Origin: Eledone cirrhosa
Taxonomy: Eukaryota
Assembly (NCBI GenBank): GCA_964016885.1
Contig: OZ024744.1
Coordinates: 3,596,001-3,660,000, forward strand
DNA: 64,000 bases
Reading direction: 5' to 3'
In this document: in pieces, positions 54,001 to 64,000 of the stretch
How positions within the stretch are numbered: position 1 is the stretch's first letter
Layout: each line of letters begins with the position of its first letter
The notes under the pieces: model-generated
Seen by the model: the letters and a program-made list of their open reading frames with translations, nothing else
Told to the model about the DNA's origin: nothing
Database searches by the model: none
Translations under genes and position numbers: made by a program

Positions 54001-57000
54001 ACGTTTTGAGGGAAGACAAGGTAGAGAAAGATAGCTTGGTGAAGAACGATGTTTTGGGGAAGACACTGTAGAGAAAGATAGCTTGGTGAAGAATGAAGTT
54101 TTGAGGGAAGACAAGGTAGAGAAAGATAGCTTGGTGAATAACGAAGTTTGGGAGAAGACAAGGTAGAGAAAGATAGTTGGTGAAGAACGAAGTTTTGAGG
54201 GAAGACAAGGTAGAGAAAGATAGCTTGGTGAAGAACGACGTTTTGAGGGAAGACAAGGTAGAGAAAGATAGCTTGGTGAAGAACGACGTTTTGTGGGAAG
54301 ACAAGGTAGAGAAAGATAGCTTGGTGAAGAACGAAGTTTTGGGGGAAGACAAGGTAGAGAAAGATAGCTTGGTGAAGAACGAAGTTTTGGGGAAGACAAT
54401 GTAGAGAAAGATAGCTTGGTGAAGAACGAAGTTTTGGGGGAAGACAAGGTAGAGAAAGATAGCTTGGTGAAGAACGAAGTTTTGAGGGAAGACAAGGTAG
54501 AGAAAGATAGCTTGGTGAATAACGAAGTTTTGGGAGAAGACAAGGTAGAGAAAGATAGCTTGGTGAAGAACGACGTTTTGAGGGAAGACAAGGTAGAGAA
54601 AGATAGCTTGGTGAAGAACGAAGTTTTGGGGAAGACAATGTAGAGAAAGATAGCTTGGTGAAGAACGAAGTTTTGGGGGAAGACAAGGTAGAGAAAGATA
54701 GCTTGGTGAAGAACGAAGTTTTGAGGGAAGACAAGGTAGAGAAAGATAGCTTGGTGAATAACGAAGTTTTGGGAGAAGACAAGGTAGAGAAAGATAGTTG
54801 GTGAAGAACGAAGTTTTGAAGGAAGACAAGGCAGAGAAAGATAGCTTGGTGAAGAACGAAGTTTTGAGGGAAGACAAGGTAGAGAAAGATAGCTTGGTGA
54901 AGAACGACGTTTTGTGGGAAGACAAGGTAGAGAAAGATAGCTTGGTGAAGAACGAAGTTTTGGGGGAAGACAAGGTAGAGAAAGATAGCTTGGTGAAGAA
55001 CGAAGTTTTGGGGGAAGACAAGGTAGAGAAAGATAGCTTGGTGAAGAACGAAGTTGTGGGGGAAGACAAGGTAGAGAAAGATAGCTTGGTGAAGAACGAA
55101 GTTTTGGGGGAAGACAAGGTAGAGAAAGATAGCTTGGTGAAGAACGACGTTTTGAGGGAAGACAAGGTAGAGAAAGATAGCTTGGTGAAGAACGATGTTT
55201 TGGGGAAGACACTGTAGAGAAAGATAGCTTGGTGAAGAACGAAGTTTTGAGGGAAGACAAGGTAGAGAAAGATAGCTTGGTGAATAACGAAGTTTGGGAG
55301 AAGACAAGGTAGAGAAAGATAGTTGGTGAAGAACGAAGTTTTGAGGGAAGACAAGGTAGAGAAAGATAGCATGGTGAAGAACGACGTTTTGAGGGAAGAC
55401 AAGGTAGAGAAAGATAGCTTGGTGAAGAACGACGTTTTGTGGGAAGACAAGGTAGAGAAAGATAGCTTGGTGAAGAACGAAGTTTTGGGGGAAGACAAGG
55501 TAGAGAAAGATAGCTTGGTGAAGAACGAAGTTTTGGGGAAGACAATGTAGAGAAAGATAGCTTGGTGAAGAACGAAGTTTTGGGGGAAGACAAGGTAGAG
55601 AAAGATAGCTTGGTGAAGAACGAAGTTTTGAGGGAAGACAAGGTAGAGAAAGATAGCTTGGTGAATAACGAAGTTTTGGGAGAAGACAAGGTAGAGAAAG
55701 ATAGCTTGGTGAAGAACGACGTTTTGGGGGAAGACAAGGTAGAGAAAGATAGCTTGGTGAAGAACGACGTTTTGAGGGAAGACAAGGTAGAGAAAGATAG
55801 CTTGGTGAAGAACGATGTTTTGGGGAAGACACTGTAGAGAAAGATAGCTTGGTGAAGAACGAAGTTTTGAGGGAAGACAAGGTAGAGAAAGATAGCTTGG
55901 TGAATAACGAAGTTTGGGAGAAGACAAGGTAGAGAAAGATAGTTGGTGAAGAACGAAGTTTTGAGGGAAGACAAGGTAGAGAAAGATAGCTTGGTGAAGA
56001 ACGACGTTTTGAGGGAAGACAAGGTAGAGAAAGATAGCTTGGTGAAGAACGACGTTTTGTGGGAAGACAAGGTAGAGAAAGATAGCTTGGTGAAGAACGA
56101 AGTTTTGGGGGAAGACAAGGTAGAGAAAGATAGCTTGGTGAAGAACGAAGTTTTGGGGAAGACAATGTAGAGAAAGATAGCTTGGTGAAGAACGAAGTTT
56201 TGGGGGAAGACAAGGTAGAGAAAGATAGCTTGGTGAAGAACGAAGTTTTGAGGGAAGACAAGGTAGAGAAAGATAGCTTGGTGAATAACGAAGTTTTGGG
56301 AGAAGACAAGGTAGAGAAAGATAGCTTGGTGAAGAACGACGTTTTGAGGGAAGACAAGGTAGAGAAAGATAGCTTGGTGAAGAACGAAGTTTTGGGGAAG
56401 ACAATGTAGAGAAAGATAGCTTGGTGAAGAACGAAGTTTTGGGGGAAGACAAGGTAGAGAAAGATAGCTTGGTGAAGAACGAAGTTTTGAGGGAAGACAA
56501 GGTAGAGAAAGATAGCTTGGTGAATAACGAAGTTTTGGGAGAAGACAAGGTAGAGAAAGATAGTTGGTGAAGAACGAAGTTTTGAAGGAAGACAAGGCAG
56601 AGAAAGATAGCTTGGTGAAGAACGAAGTTTTGAGGGAAGACAAGGTAGAGAAAGATAGCTTGGTGAAGAACGACGTTTTGTGGGAAGACAAGGTAGAGAA
56701 AGATAGCTTGGTGAAGAACGAAGTTTTGGGGGAAGACAAGGTAGAGAAAGATAGCTTGGTGAAGAACGACGTTTTGAGGGAAGACAAGGTAGAGAAAGAT
56801 AGCTTGGTGAAGAACGATGTTTTGGGGAAGACACTGTAGAGAAAGATAGCTTGGTGAAGAACGAAGTTTTGAGGGAAGACAAGGTAGAGAAAGATAGCTT
56901 GGTGAATAACGAAGTTTGGGAGAAGACAAGGTAGAGAAAGATAGTTGGTGAAGAACGAAGTTTTGAGGGAAGACAAGGTAGAGAAAGATAGCATGGTGAA

Positions 57001-60000
57001 GAACGACGTTTTGAGGGAAGACAAGGTAGAGAAAGATAGCTTGGTGAAGAACGACGTTTTGTGGGAAGACAAGGTAGAGAAAGATAGCTTGGTGAAGAAC
57101 GAAGTTTTGGGGGAAGACAAGGTAGAGAAAGATAGCTTGGTGAAGAACGAAGTTTTGGGGAAGACAATGTAGAGAAAGATAGCTTGGTGAAGAACGAAGT
57201 TTTGGGGGAAGACAAGGTAGAGAAAGATAGCTTGGTGAAGAACGAAGTTTTGAGGGAAGACAAGGTAGAGAAAGATAGCTTGGTGAATAACGAAGTTTGG
57301 GGAGAAGACAAGGTAGAGAAAGATAGCTTGGTGAAGAACGACGTTTTGAGGGAAGACAAGGTAGAGAAAGATAGCTTGGTGAAGAACGAAGTTTTGGGGA
57401 AGACAATGTAGAGAAAGATAGCTTGGTGAAGAACGAAGTTTTGGGGGAAGACAAGGTAGAGAAAGATAGCTTGGTGAAGAACGAAGTTTTGAGGGAAGAC
57501 AAGGTAGAGAAAGATAGCTTGGTGAATAACGAAGTTTTGGGAGAAGACAAGGTAGAGAAAGATAGTTGGTGAAGAACGAAGTTTTGAAGGAAGACAAGGC
57601 AGAGAAAGATAGCTTGGTGAAGAACGAAGTTTTGAGGGAAGACAAGGTAGAGAAAGATAGCTTGGTGAAGAACGAGGTTTTGTGGGAAGACAAGGTAGAG
57701 AAAGATAGCTTGGTGAAGAACGAAGTTTTGGGGGAAGACAAGGTAGAGAAAGATAGCTTGGTGAAGAACGAAGTTTTGGGGGAAGACAAGGTAGAGAAAG
57801 ATAGCTTGGTGAAGAACGAAGTTTTGAGGGAAAACAAGGTAGAGAAAGATAGCTTGGTGAATAACGAAGTTTTGGGAGAAGACAAGGTGGAGAAAGATAG
57901 CTTGGTGAAGAACGAATTTTGAGGGAAGACAAGGTAGAGAAAGATAGCTTGGTGAAGAACGACGTTTTGTGGGAAGACAAGGGAGAGAAAAATAGATTGG
58001 TGAAGGACGAAGTTTTGAGGGATGACAAGGTAGAGAAAGATGACTTGGTGAAGAACGAAGTTTTGGGGGAAGACAAGGTAGAGAAAGATAGCTTGGTGAA
58101 GAACGAAGTTTTGAGGGAAGACAAGGTAGAGAAAGATAGCTTGGTGAAGAACGAGGTTTTGTGGGAAGACAAGGTAGAGAAAGATAGCTTGGTGAAGAAC
58201 GAAGTTTTGGGGGAAGACAAGGTAGAGAAAGATAGCTTGGTGAAGAACGAAGTTTTGGGGGAAGACAAGGTAGAGAAAGATAGCTTGGTGAAGAACGAAG
58301 TTTTGAGGGAAAACAAGGTAGAGAAAGATAGCTTGGTGAATAACGAAGTTTTGGGAGAAGACAAGGTGGAGAAAGATAGCTTGGTGAAGAACGAATTTTG
58401 AGGGAAGACAAGGTAGAGAAAGATAGCTTGGTGAAGAACGACGTTTTGTGGGAAGACAAGGGAGAGAAAGATAGATTGGTGAAGGACGAAGTTTTGAGGG
58501 ATGACAAGGTAGAGAAAGATGACTTGGTGAAGAACGAAGTTTTGGGGGAAGACAAGGTAGAGAAAGATAGCTTGGTGAAGAACGAAGTTTTGGGGGAAGA
58601 CAAGGTAGAGAAAGATAGCTTGGTGAAGAACGAAGTTTTGGGGGAAGACAAGGTAGAGAAAGATAGCTTGCGAAGAACGAAGTTTTGGGGGAAGACAAGG
58701 TAGAGAAAGATAGCTTGGTGAAGAACGAAGTTTTGGGGGAGGACAAGGTAGAGAAAGATAGCTTGGTGAAGAACGACGTTTTGAGGGAAGGCAAGGTAGA
58801 GAAAGATAGCTTGGTGAAGAACGAAGTTTTGACGGAAGACAAGGTAGAGAAAGATAGCTTGGTGAAGAATGACGTTTTGTGGGAAGACAAGGTAGAGAAA
58901 GATAGCTTGGTGAATAACGAAGTTTTGAGGGAAGACAAGGTAGAGAAAGATAGCTTGGTGAAGAACGAAGTTTTTGGGGAAGACAAGGTAGAGAAAGATA
59001 GCTTGGTGAAGAACGAAGTTTTGAGGGAAGACAAGGTAGAGAAAGATAGCTTGGTGAAGAACGACGTTTTGTGGGAAGACAAGGTAGAGAAAGATAGCTT
59101 GGTGAAGAACGAAGTTTTGTGGGAAGTCAAGGTAGAGAAAGATAGCTTGGTGAAGAACGAAGTTTTGGGGGAAGACAAGGTAGAGAAATATAGCTTGGTG
59201 AACAACGAAGTTTTGGGGGAAGACAAGGTAGAGAAAGATAGCTTGGTGAACAACGAAGTTTTGGGGGAAGACAAGGTAGAAAAAGATAGCTTGGTAAAGA
59301 ACGAAGTTTTGGGGAAAACAATGTAGAGAAAGATAGCTTGGTGAAGAACGAAGTTTTGGGGGAAGACAAGGTAGAGAAAGATAGCTTGGTGAAGAACGAA
59401 GTTTTGGGGAAGACAATGTAGAGAAAGATAGCTTGGTGAAGAACGAAGTTGTGGGGGAAGACAAGGTAGAGAAAGATAGCTTGGTGAAGAACGAAGTTTT
59501 GGGGGAAGACAAGGTAGAGAAAGATAGCTTGGTGAAGAACGACGTTTTGAGGGAAGACAAGGTAGAGAAAGATAGCTTGGTGAAGAACGATGTTTTGGGG
59601 AAGACACTGTAGAGAAAGATAGCTTGGTGAAGAATGAAGTTTTGAGGGAAGACAAGGTAGAGAAAGATAGCTTGGTGAATAACGAAGTTTGGGAGAAGAC
59701 AAGGTAGAGAAAGATAGTTGGTGAAGAACGAAGTTTTGAGGGAAGACAAGGTAGAGAAAGATAGCTTGGTGAAGAACGACGTTTTGAGGGAAGACAAGGT
59801 AGAGAAAGATAGCTTGGTGAAGAACGACGTTTTGTGGGAAGACAAGGTAGAGAAAGATAGCTTGGTGAAGAACGAAGTTTTGGGGGAAGACAAGGTAGAG
59901 AAAGATAGCTTGGTGAAGAACGAAGTTTTGGGGAAGACAATGTAGAGAAAGATAGCTTGGTGAAGAACGAAGTTTTGGGGGAAGACAAGGTAGAGAAAGA

Positions 60001-63000
60001 TAGCTTGGTGAAGAACGAAGTTTTGAGGGAAGACAAGGTAGAGAAAGATAGCTTGGTGAATAACGAAGTTTTGGGAGAAGACAAGGTAGAGAAAGATAGC
60101 TTGGTGAAGAACGACGTTTTGAGGGAAGACAAGGTAGAGAAAGATAGCTTGGTGAAGAACGAAGTTTTGGGGAAGACAATGTAGAGAAAGATAGCTTGGT
60201 GAAGAACGAAGTTTTGGGGGAAGACAAGGTAGAGAAAGATAGCTTGGTGAAGAACGAAGTTTTGAGGGAAGACAAGGTAGAGAAAGATAGCTTGGTGAAT
60301 AACGAAGTTTTGGGAGAAGACAAGGTAGAGAAAGATAGTTGGTGAAGAACGAAGTTTTGAAGGAAGACAAGGCAGAGAAAGATAGCTTGGTGAAGAACGA
60401 AGTTTTGAGGGAAGACAAGGTAGAGAAAGATAGCTTGGTGAAGAACGACGTTTTGTGGGAAGACAAGGTAGAGAAAGATAGCTTGGTGAAGAACGAAGTT
60501 TTGGGGGAAGACAAGGTAGAGAAAGATAGCTTGGTGAAGAACGAAGTTTTGGGGGAAGACAAGGTAGAGAAAGATAGCTTGGTGAAGAACGAAGTTGTGG
60601 GGGAAGACAAGGTAGAGAAAGATAGCTTGGTGAAGAACGAAGTTTTGGGGGAAGACAAGGTAGAGAAAGATAGCTTGGTGAAGAACGACGTTTTGAGGGA
60701 AGACAAGGTAGAGAAAGATAGCTTGGTGAAGAACGATGTTTTGGGGAAGACACTGTAGAGAAAGATAGCTTGGTGAAGAACGAAGTTTTGAGGGAAGACA
60801 AGGTAGAGAAAGATAGCTTGGTGAATAACGAAGTTTGGGAGAAGACAAGGTAGAGAAAGATAGTTGGTGAAGAACGAAGTTTTGAGGGAAGACAAGGTAG
60901 AGAAAGATAGCATGGTGAAGAACGACGTTTTGAGGGAAGACAAGGTAGAGAAAGATAGCTTGGTGAAGAACGACGTTTTGTGGGAAGACAAGGTAGAGAA
61001 AGATAGCTTGGTGAAGAACGAAGTTTTGGGGGAAGACAAGGTAGAGAAAGATAGCTTGGTGAAGAACGAAGTTTTGGGGAAGACAATGTAGAGAAAGATA
61101 GCTTGGTGAAGAACGAAGTTTTGGGGGAAGACAAGGTAGAGAAAGATAGCTTGGTGAAGAACGAAGTTTTGAGGGAAGACAAGGTAGAGAAAGATAGCTT
61201 GGTGAATAACGAAGTTTTGGGAGAAGACAAGGTAGAGAAAGATAGCTTGGTGAAGAACGACGTTTTGGGGGAAGACAAGGTAGAGAAAGATAGCTTGGTG
61301 AAGAACGACGTTTTGAGGGAAGACAAGGTAGAGAAAGATAGCTTGGTGAAGAACGATGTTTTGGGGAAGACACTGTAGAGAAAGATAGCTTGGTGAAGAA
61401 CGAAGTTTTGAGGGAAGACAAGGTAGAGAAAGATAGCTTGGTGAATAACGAAGTTTGGGAGAAGACAAGGTAGAGAAAGATAGTTGGTGAAGAACGAAGT
61501 TTTGAGGGAAGACAAGGTAGAGAAAGATAGCTTGGTGAAGAACGACGTTTTGAGGGAAGACAAGGTAGAGAAAGATAGCTTGGTGAAGAACGACGTTTTG
61601 TGGGAAGACAAGGTAGAGAAAGATAGCTTGGTGAAGAACGAAGTTTTGGGGGAAGACAAGGTAGAGAAAGATAGCTTGGTGAAGAACGAAGTTTTGGGGA
61701 AGACAATGTAGAGAAAGATAGCTTGGTGAAGAACGAAGTTTTGGGGGTAGACAAGGTAGAGAAAGATAGCTTGGTGAAGAACGAAGTTTTGAGGGAAGAC
61801 AAGGTAGAGAAAGATAGCTTGGTGAATAACGAAGTTTTGGGAGAAGACAAGGTAGAGAAAGATAGCTTGGTGAAGAACGACGTTTTGAGGGAAGACAAGG
61901 TAGAGAAAGATAGCTTGGTGAAGAACGAAGTTTTGGGGAAGACAATGTAGAGAAAGATAGCTTGGTGAAGAACGAAGTTTTGGGGGAAGACAAGGTAGAG
62001 AAAGATAGCTTGGTGAAGAACGAAGTTTTGAGGGAAGACAAGGTAGAGAAAGATAGCTTGGTGAATAACGAAGTTTTGGGAGAAGACAAGGTAGAGAAAG
62101 ATAGTTGGTGAAGAACGAAGTTTTGAAGGAAGACAAGGCAGAGAAAGATAGCTTGGTGAAGAACGAAGTTTTGAGGGAAGACAAGGTAGAGAAAGATAGC
62201 TTGGTGAAGAACGACGTTTTGTGGGAAGACAAGGTAGAGAAAGATAGCTTGGTGAAGAACGAAGTTTTGGGGGAAGACAAGGTAGAGAAAGATAGCTTGG
62301 TGAAGAACGACGTTTTGAGGGAAGACAAGGTAGAGAAAGATAGCTTGGTGAAGAACGATGTTTTGGGGAAGACACTGTAGAGAAAGATAGCTTGGTGAAG
62401 AACGAAGTTTTGAGGGAAGACAAGGTAGAGAAAGATAGCTTGGTGAATAACGAAGTTTGGGAGAAGACAAGGTAGAGAAAGATAGTTGGTGAAGAACGAA
62501 GTTTTGAGGGAAGACAAGGTAGAGAAAGATAGCATGGTGAAGAACGACGTTTTGAGGGAAGACAAGGTAGAGAAAGATAGCTTGGTGAAGAACGACGTTT
62601 TGTGGGAAGACAAGGTAGAGAAAGATAGCTTGGTGAAGAACGAAGTTTTGGGGGAAGACAAGGTAGAGAAAGATAGCTTGGTGAAGAACGAAGTTTTGGG
62701 GAAGACAATGTAGAGAAAGATAGCTTGGTGAAGAACGAAGTTTTGGGGGAAGACAAGGTAGAGAAAGATAGCTTGGTGAAGAACGAAGTTTTGAGGGAAG
62801 ACAAGGTAGAGAAAGATAGCTTGGTGAATAACGAAGTTTGGGGAGAAGACAAGGTAGAGAAAGATAGCTTGGTGAAGAACGACGTTTTGAGGGAAGACAA
62901 GGTAGAGAAAGATAGCTTGGTGAAGAACGAAGTTTTGGGGAAGACAATGTAGAGAAAGATAGCTTGGTGAAGAACGAAGTTTTGGGGGAAGACAAGGTAG

Positions 63001-63630
63001 AGAAAGATAGCTTGGTGAAGAACGAAGTTTTGAGGGAAGACAAGGTAGAGAAAGATAGCTTGGTGAATAACGAAGTTTTGGGAGAAGACAAGGTAGAGAA
63101 AGATAGTTGGTGAAGAACGAAGTTTTGAAGGAAGACAAGGCAGAGAAAGATAGCTTGGTGAAGAACGAAGTTTTGAGGGAAGACAAGGTAGAGAAAGATA
63201 GCTTGGTGAAGAACGAGGTTTTGTGGGAAGACAAGGTAGAGAAAGATAGCTTGGTGAAGAACGAAGTTTTGGGGGAAGACAAGGTAGAGAAAGATAGCTT
63301 GGTGAAGAACGAAGTTTTGGGGGAAGACAAGGTAGAGAAAGATAGCTTGGTGAAGAACGAAGTTTTGAGGGAAAACAAGGTAGAGAAAGATAGCTTGGTG
63401 AATAACGAAGTTTTGGGAGAAGACAAGGTGGAGAAAGATAGCTTGGTGAAGAACGAATTTTGAGGGAAGACAAGGTAGAGAAAGATAGCTTGGTGAAGAA
63501 CGACGTTTTGTGGGAAGACAAGGGAGAGAAAAATAGATTGGTGAAGGACGAAGTTTTGAGGGATGACAAGGTAGAGAAAGATGACTTGGTGAAGAACGAA
63601 GTTTTGGGGGAAGACAAGGTAGAGAAAGAT
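47200..63630. repeat. Subdomain D: three tandem copies of a ~5.4-5.5 kb higher-order unit (offsets 5446 and 5541)
   Basis: Offsets 47698>53144 and 48731>54177 through 51118>56564 equal 5446; 53144>58685 through 57919>63460 equal 5541. The private marker GATAGCATGG occurs twice per unit (~49925, 51691, 55371, 56993, 60912, 62534); AACGAGGTTTT and AAGAATGAAG are also private. Confidence 0.92.
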
Positions 63631-64000
63631 AGCTTGGTGAAGAACGAAGTTTTGTGGGAAGTCAAGGTAGAGAAAGATAGCTTGGTGAAGAACGAAGTTT
63701 TGGGGGAAGACAAGGTAGAGAAATATAGCTTGGTGAACAACGAAGTTTTGGGGGAAGACAAGGTAGAGAAAGATAGCTTGGTGAACAACGAAGTTTTGGG
63801 GGAAGACAAGGTAGAAAAAGATAGCTTGGTAAAGAACGAAGTTTTGGGGAAAACAATGTAGAGAAAGATAGCTTGGTGAAGAACGAAGTTTTGGGGGAAG
63901 ACAAGGTAGAGAAAGATAGCTTGGTGAAGAACGAAGTTTTGGGGAAGACAATGTAGAGAAAGATAGCTTGGTGAAGAACGAAGTTGTGGGGGAAGACAAG

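Larger units (their letters stand above)
1..64000. repeat. 48-bp tandem satellite/megasatellite array (~1,340 monomers, single orientation, extends beyond both window ends)
   Basis: The unit GAAGAACGAAGTTTTG(G/A/T)GGGAAGACAAGGTAGAGAAAGATAGCTTGGT recurs continuously from base 1 to 64000. Most monomers differ from consensus by 0-3 substitutions or a 1-nt deletion. No non-repeat sequence was seen. The copy number is an estimate from 64000/~47.8. Confidence 0.99.

Noticed and set aside
17-63861. About 110 short plus-strand ORFs (75-283 aa) as a tandem gene family or operon
   Set aside because: Boundaries are set by frameshifting 47-bp monomers and starts are internal TTG codons. There is no intergenic, signal or unique sequence, and substitutions are mostly non-synonymous.
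7349-63999. Giant minus-strand ORFs (up to 4782 aa) as real CDS
   Set aside because: They overlap in all three frames, switch among three repeat peptides at every 1-nt deletion, have no unique domain, and start at alternative codons (mostly TTG) inside the repeat. They are fully explained by the absence of TTA/CTA/TCA in the monomer.
1-64000. CRISPR array (conserved part plus variable part)
   Set aside because: The variable part differs by only a few SNPs rather than being unique spacers. There is no leader, no cas genes and no palindromic repeat.
1-64000. Canonical G-quadruplex array
   Set aside because: There is only one G3-G5 run per 48 bp, so loops would be ~43 nt. At most weak two-tier structures are possible.
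1-64000. Immunoglobulin switch region homologue
   Set aside because: It is much longer and more homogeneous than known S regions, A-rich, lacks dense GAGCT/GGGGT pentamers, and has no constant-region exons in view.

Overview
The whole 64,000-bp window is one uninterrupted head-to-tail tandem array of a 48-bp monomer, consensus GAAGAACGAAGTTTTGGGGGAAGACAAGGTAGAGAAAGATAGCTTGGT. It holds roughly 1,340 copies, all in the same orientation; the consensus is 18 G / 18 A / 9 T / 3 C (about 44% GC, 75% purine on +). I found no unique sequence, inversion, transposon, RNA gene or credible protein-coding gene. The giant minus-strand ORFs arise because the monomer lacks TTA/CTA/TCA. The plus-strand LVKNEVLGEDKVEKDS ORFs are broken every few monomers by amplified 47-bp (1-nt deletion) variants. 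The informative signal is the ordering of monomer variants. It allows reconstruction of an ancestral ~53-monomer (~2.53 kb) higher-order unit, several nested kb-scale tandem duplications (periods 479, 1766, 1916, 2341, 2728, 3584, 4068, 5446/5541, 5699 bp, read from marker and ORF offsets), and spatially stratified subdomains carrying private variants. It reads as a young, actively expanding satellite or megasatellite, probably eukaryotic (inference). I cannot identify the organism or family, and I see no gene-based novel system. Functional ideas (GATA-site array, R-loop or switch-like skew, derivation from a coding repeat) are inference only.
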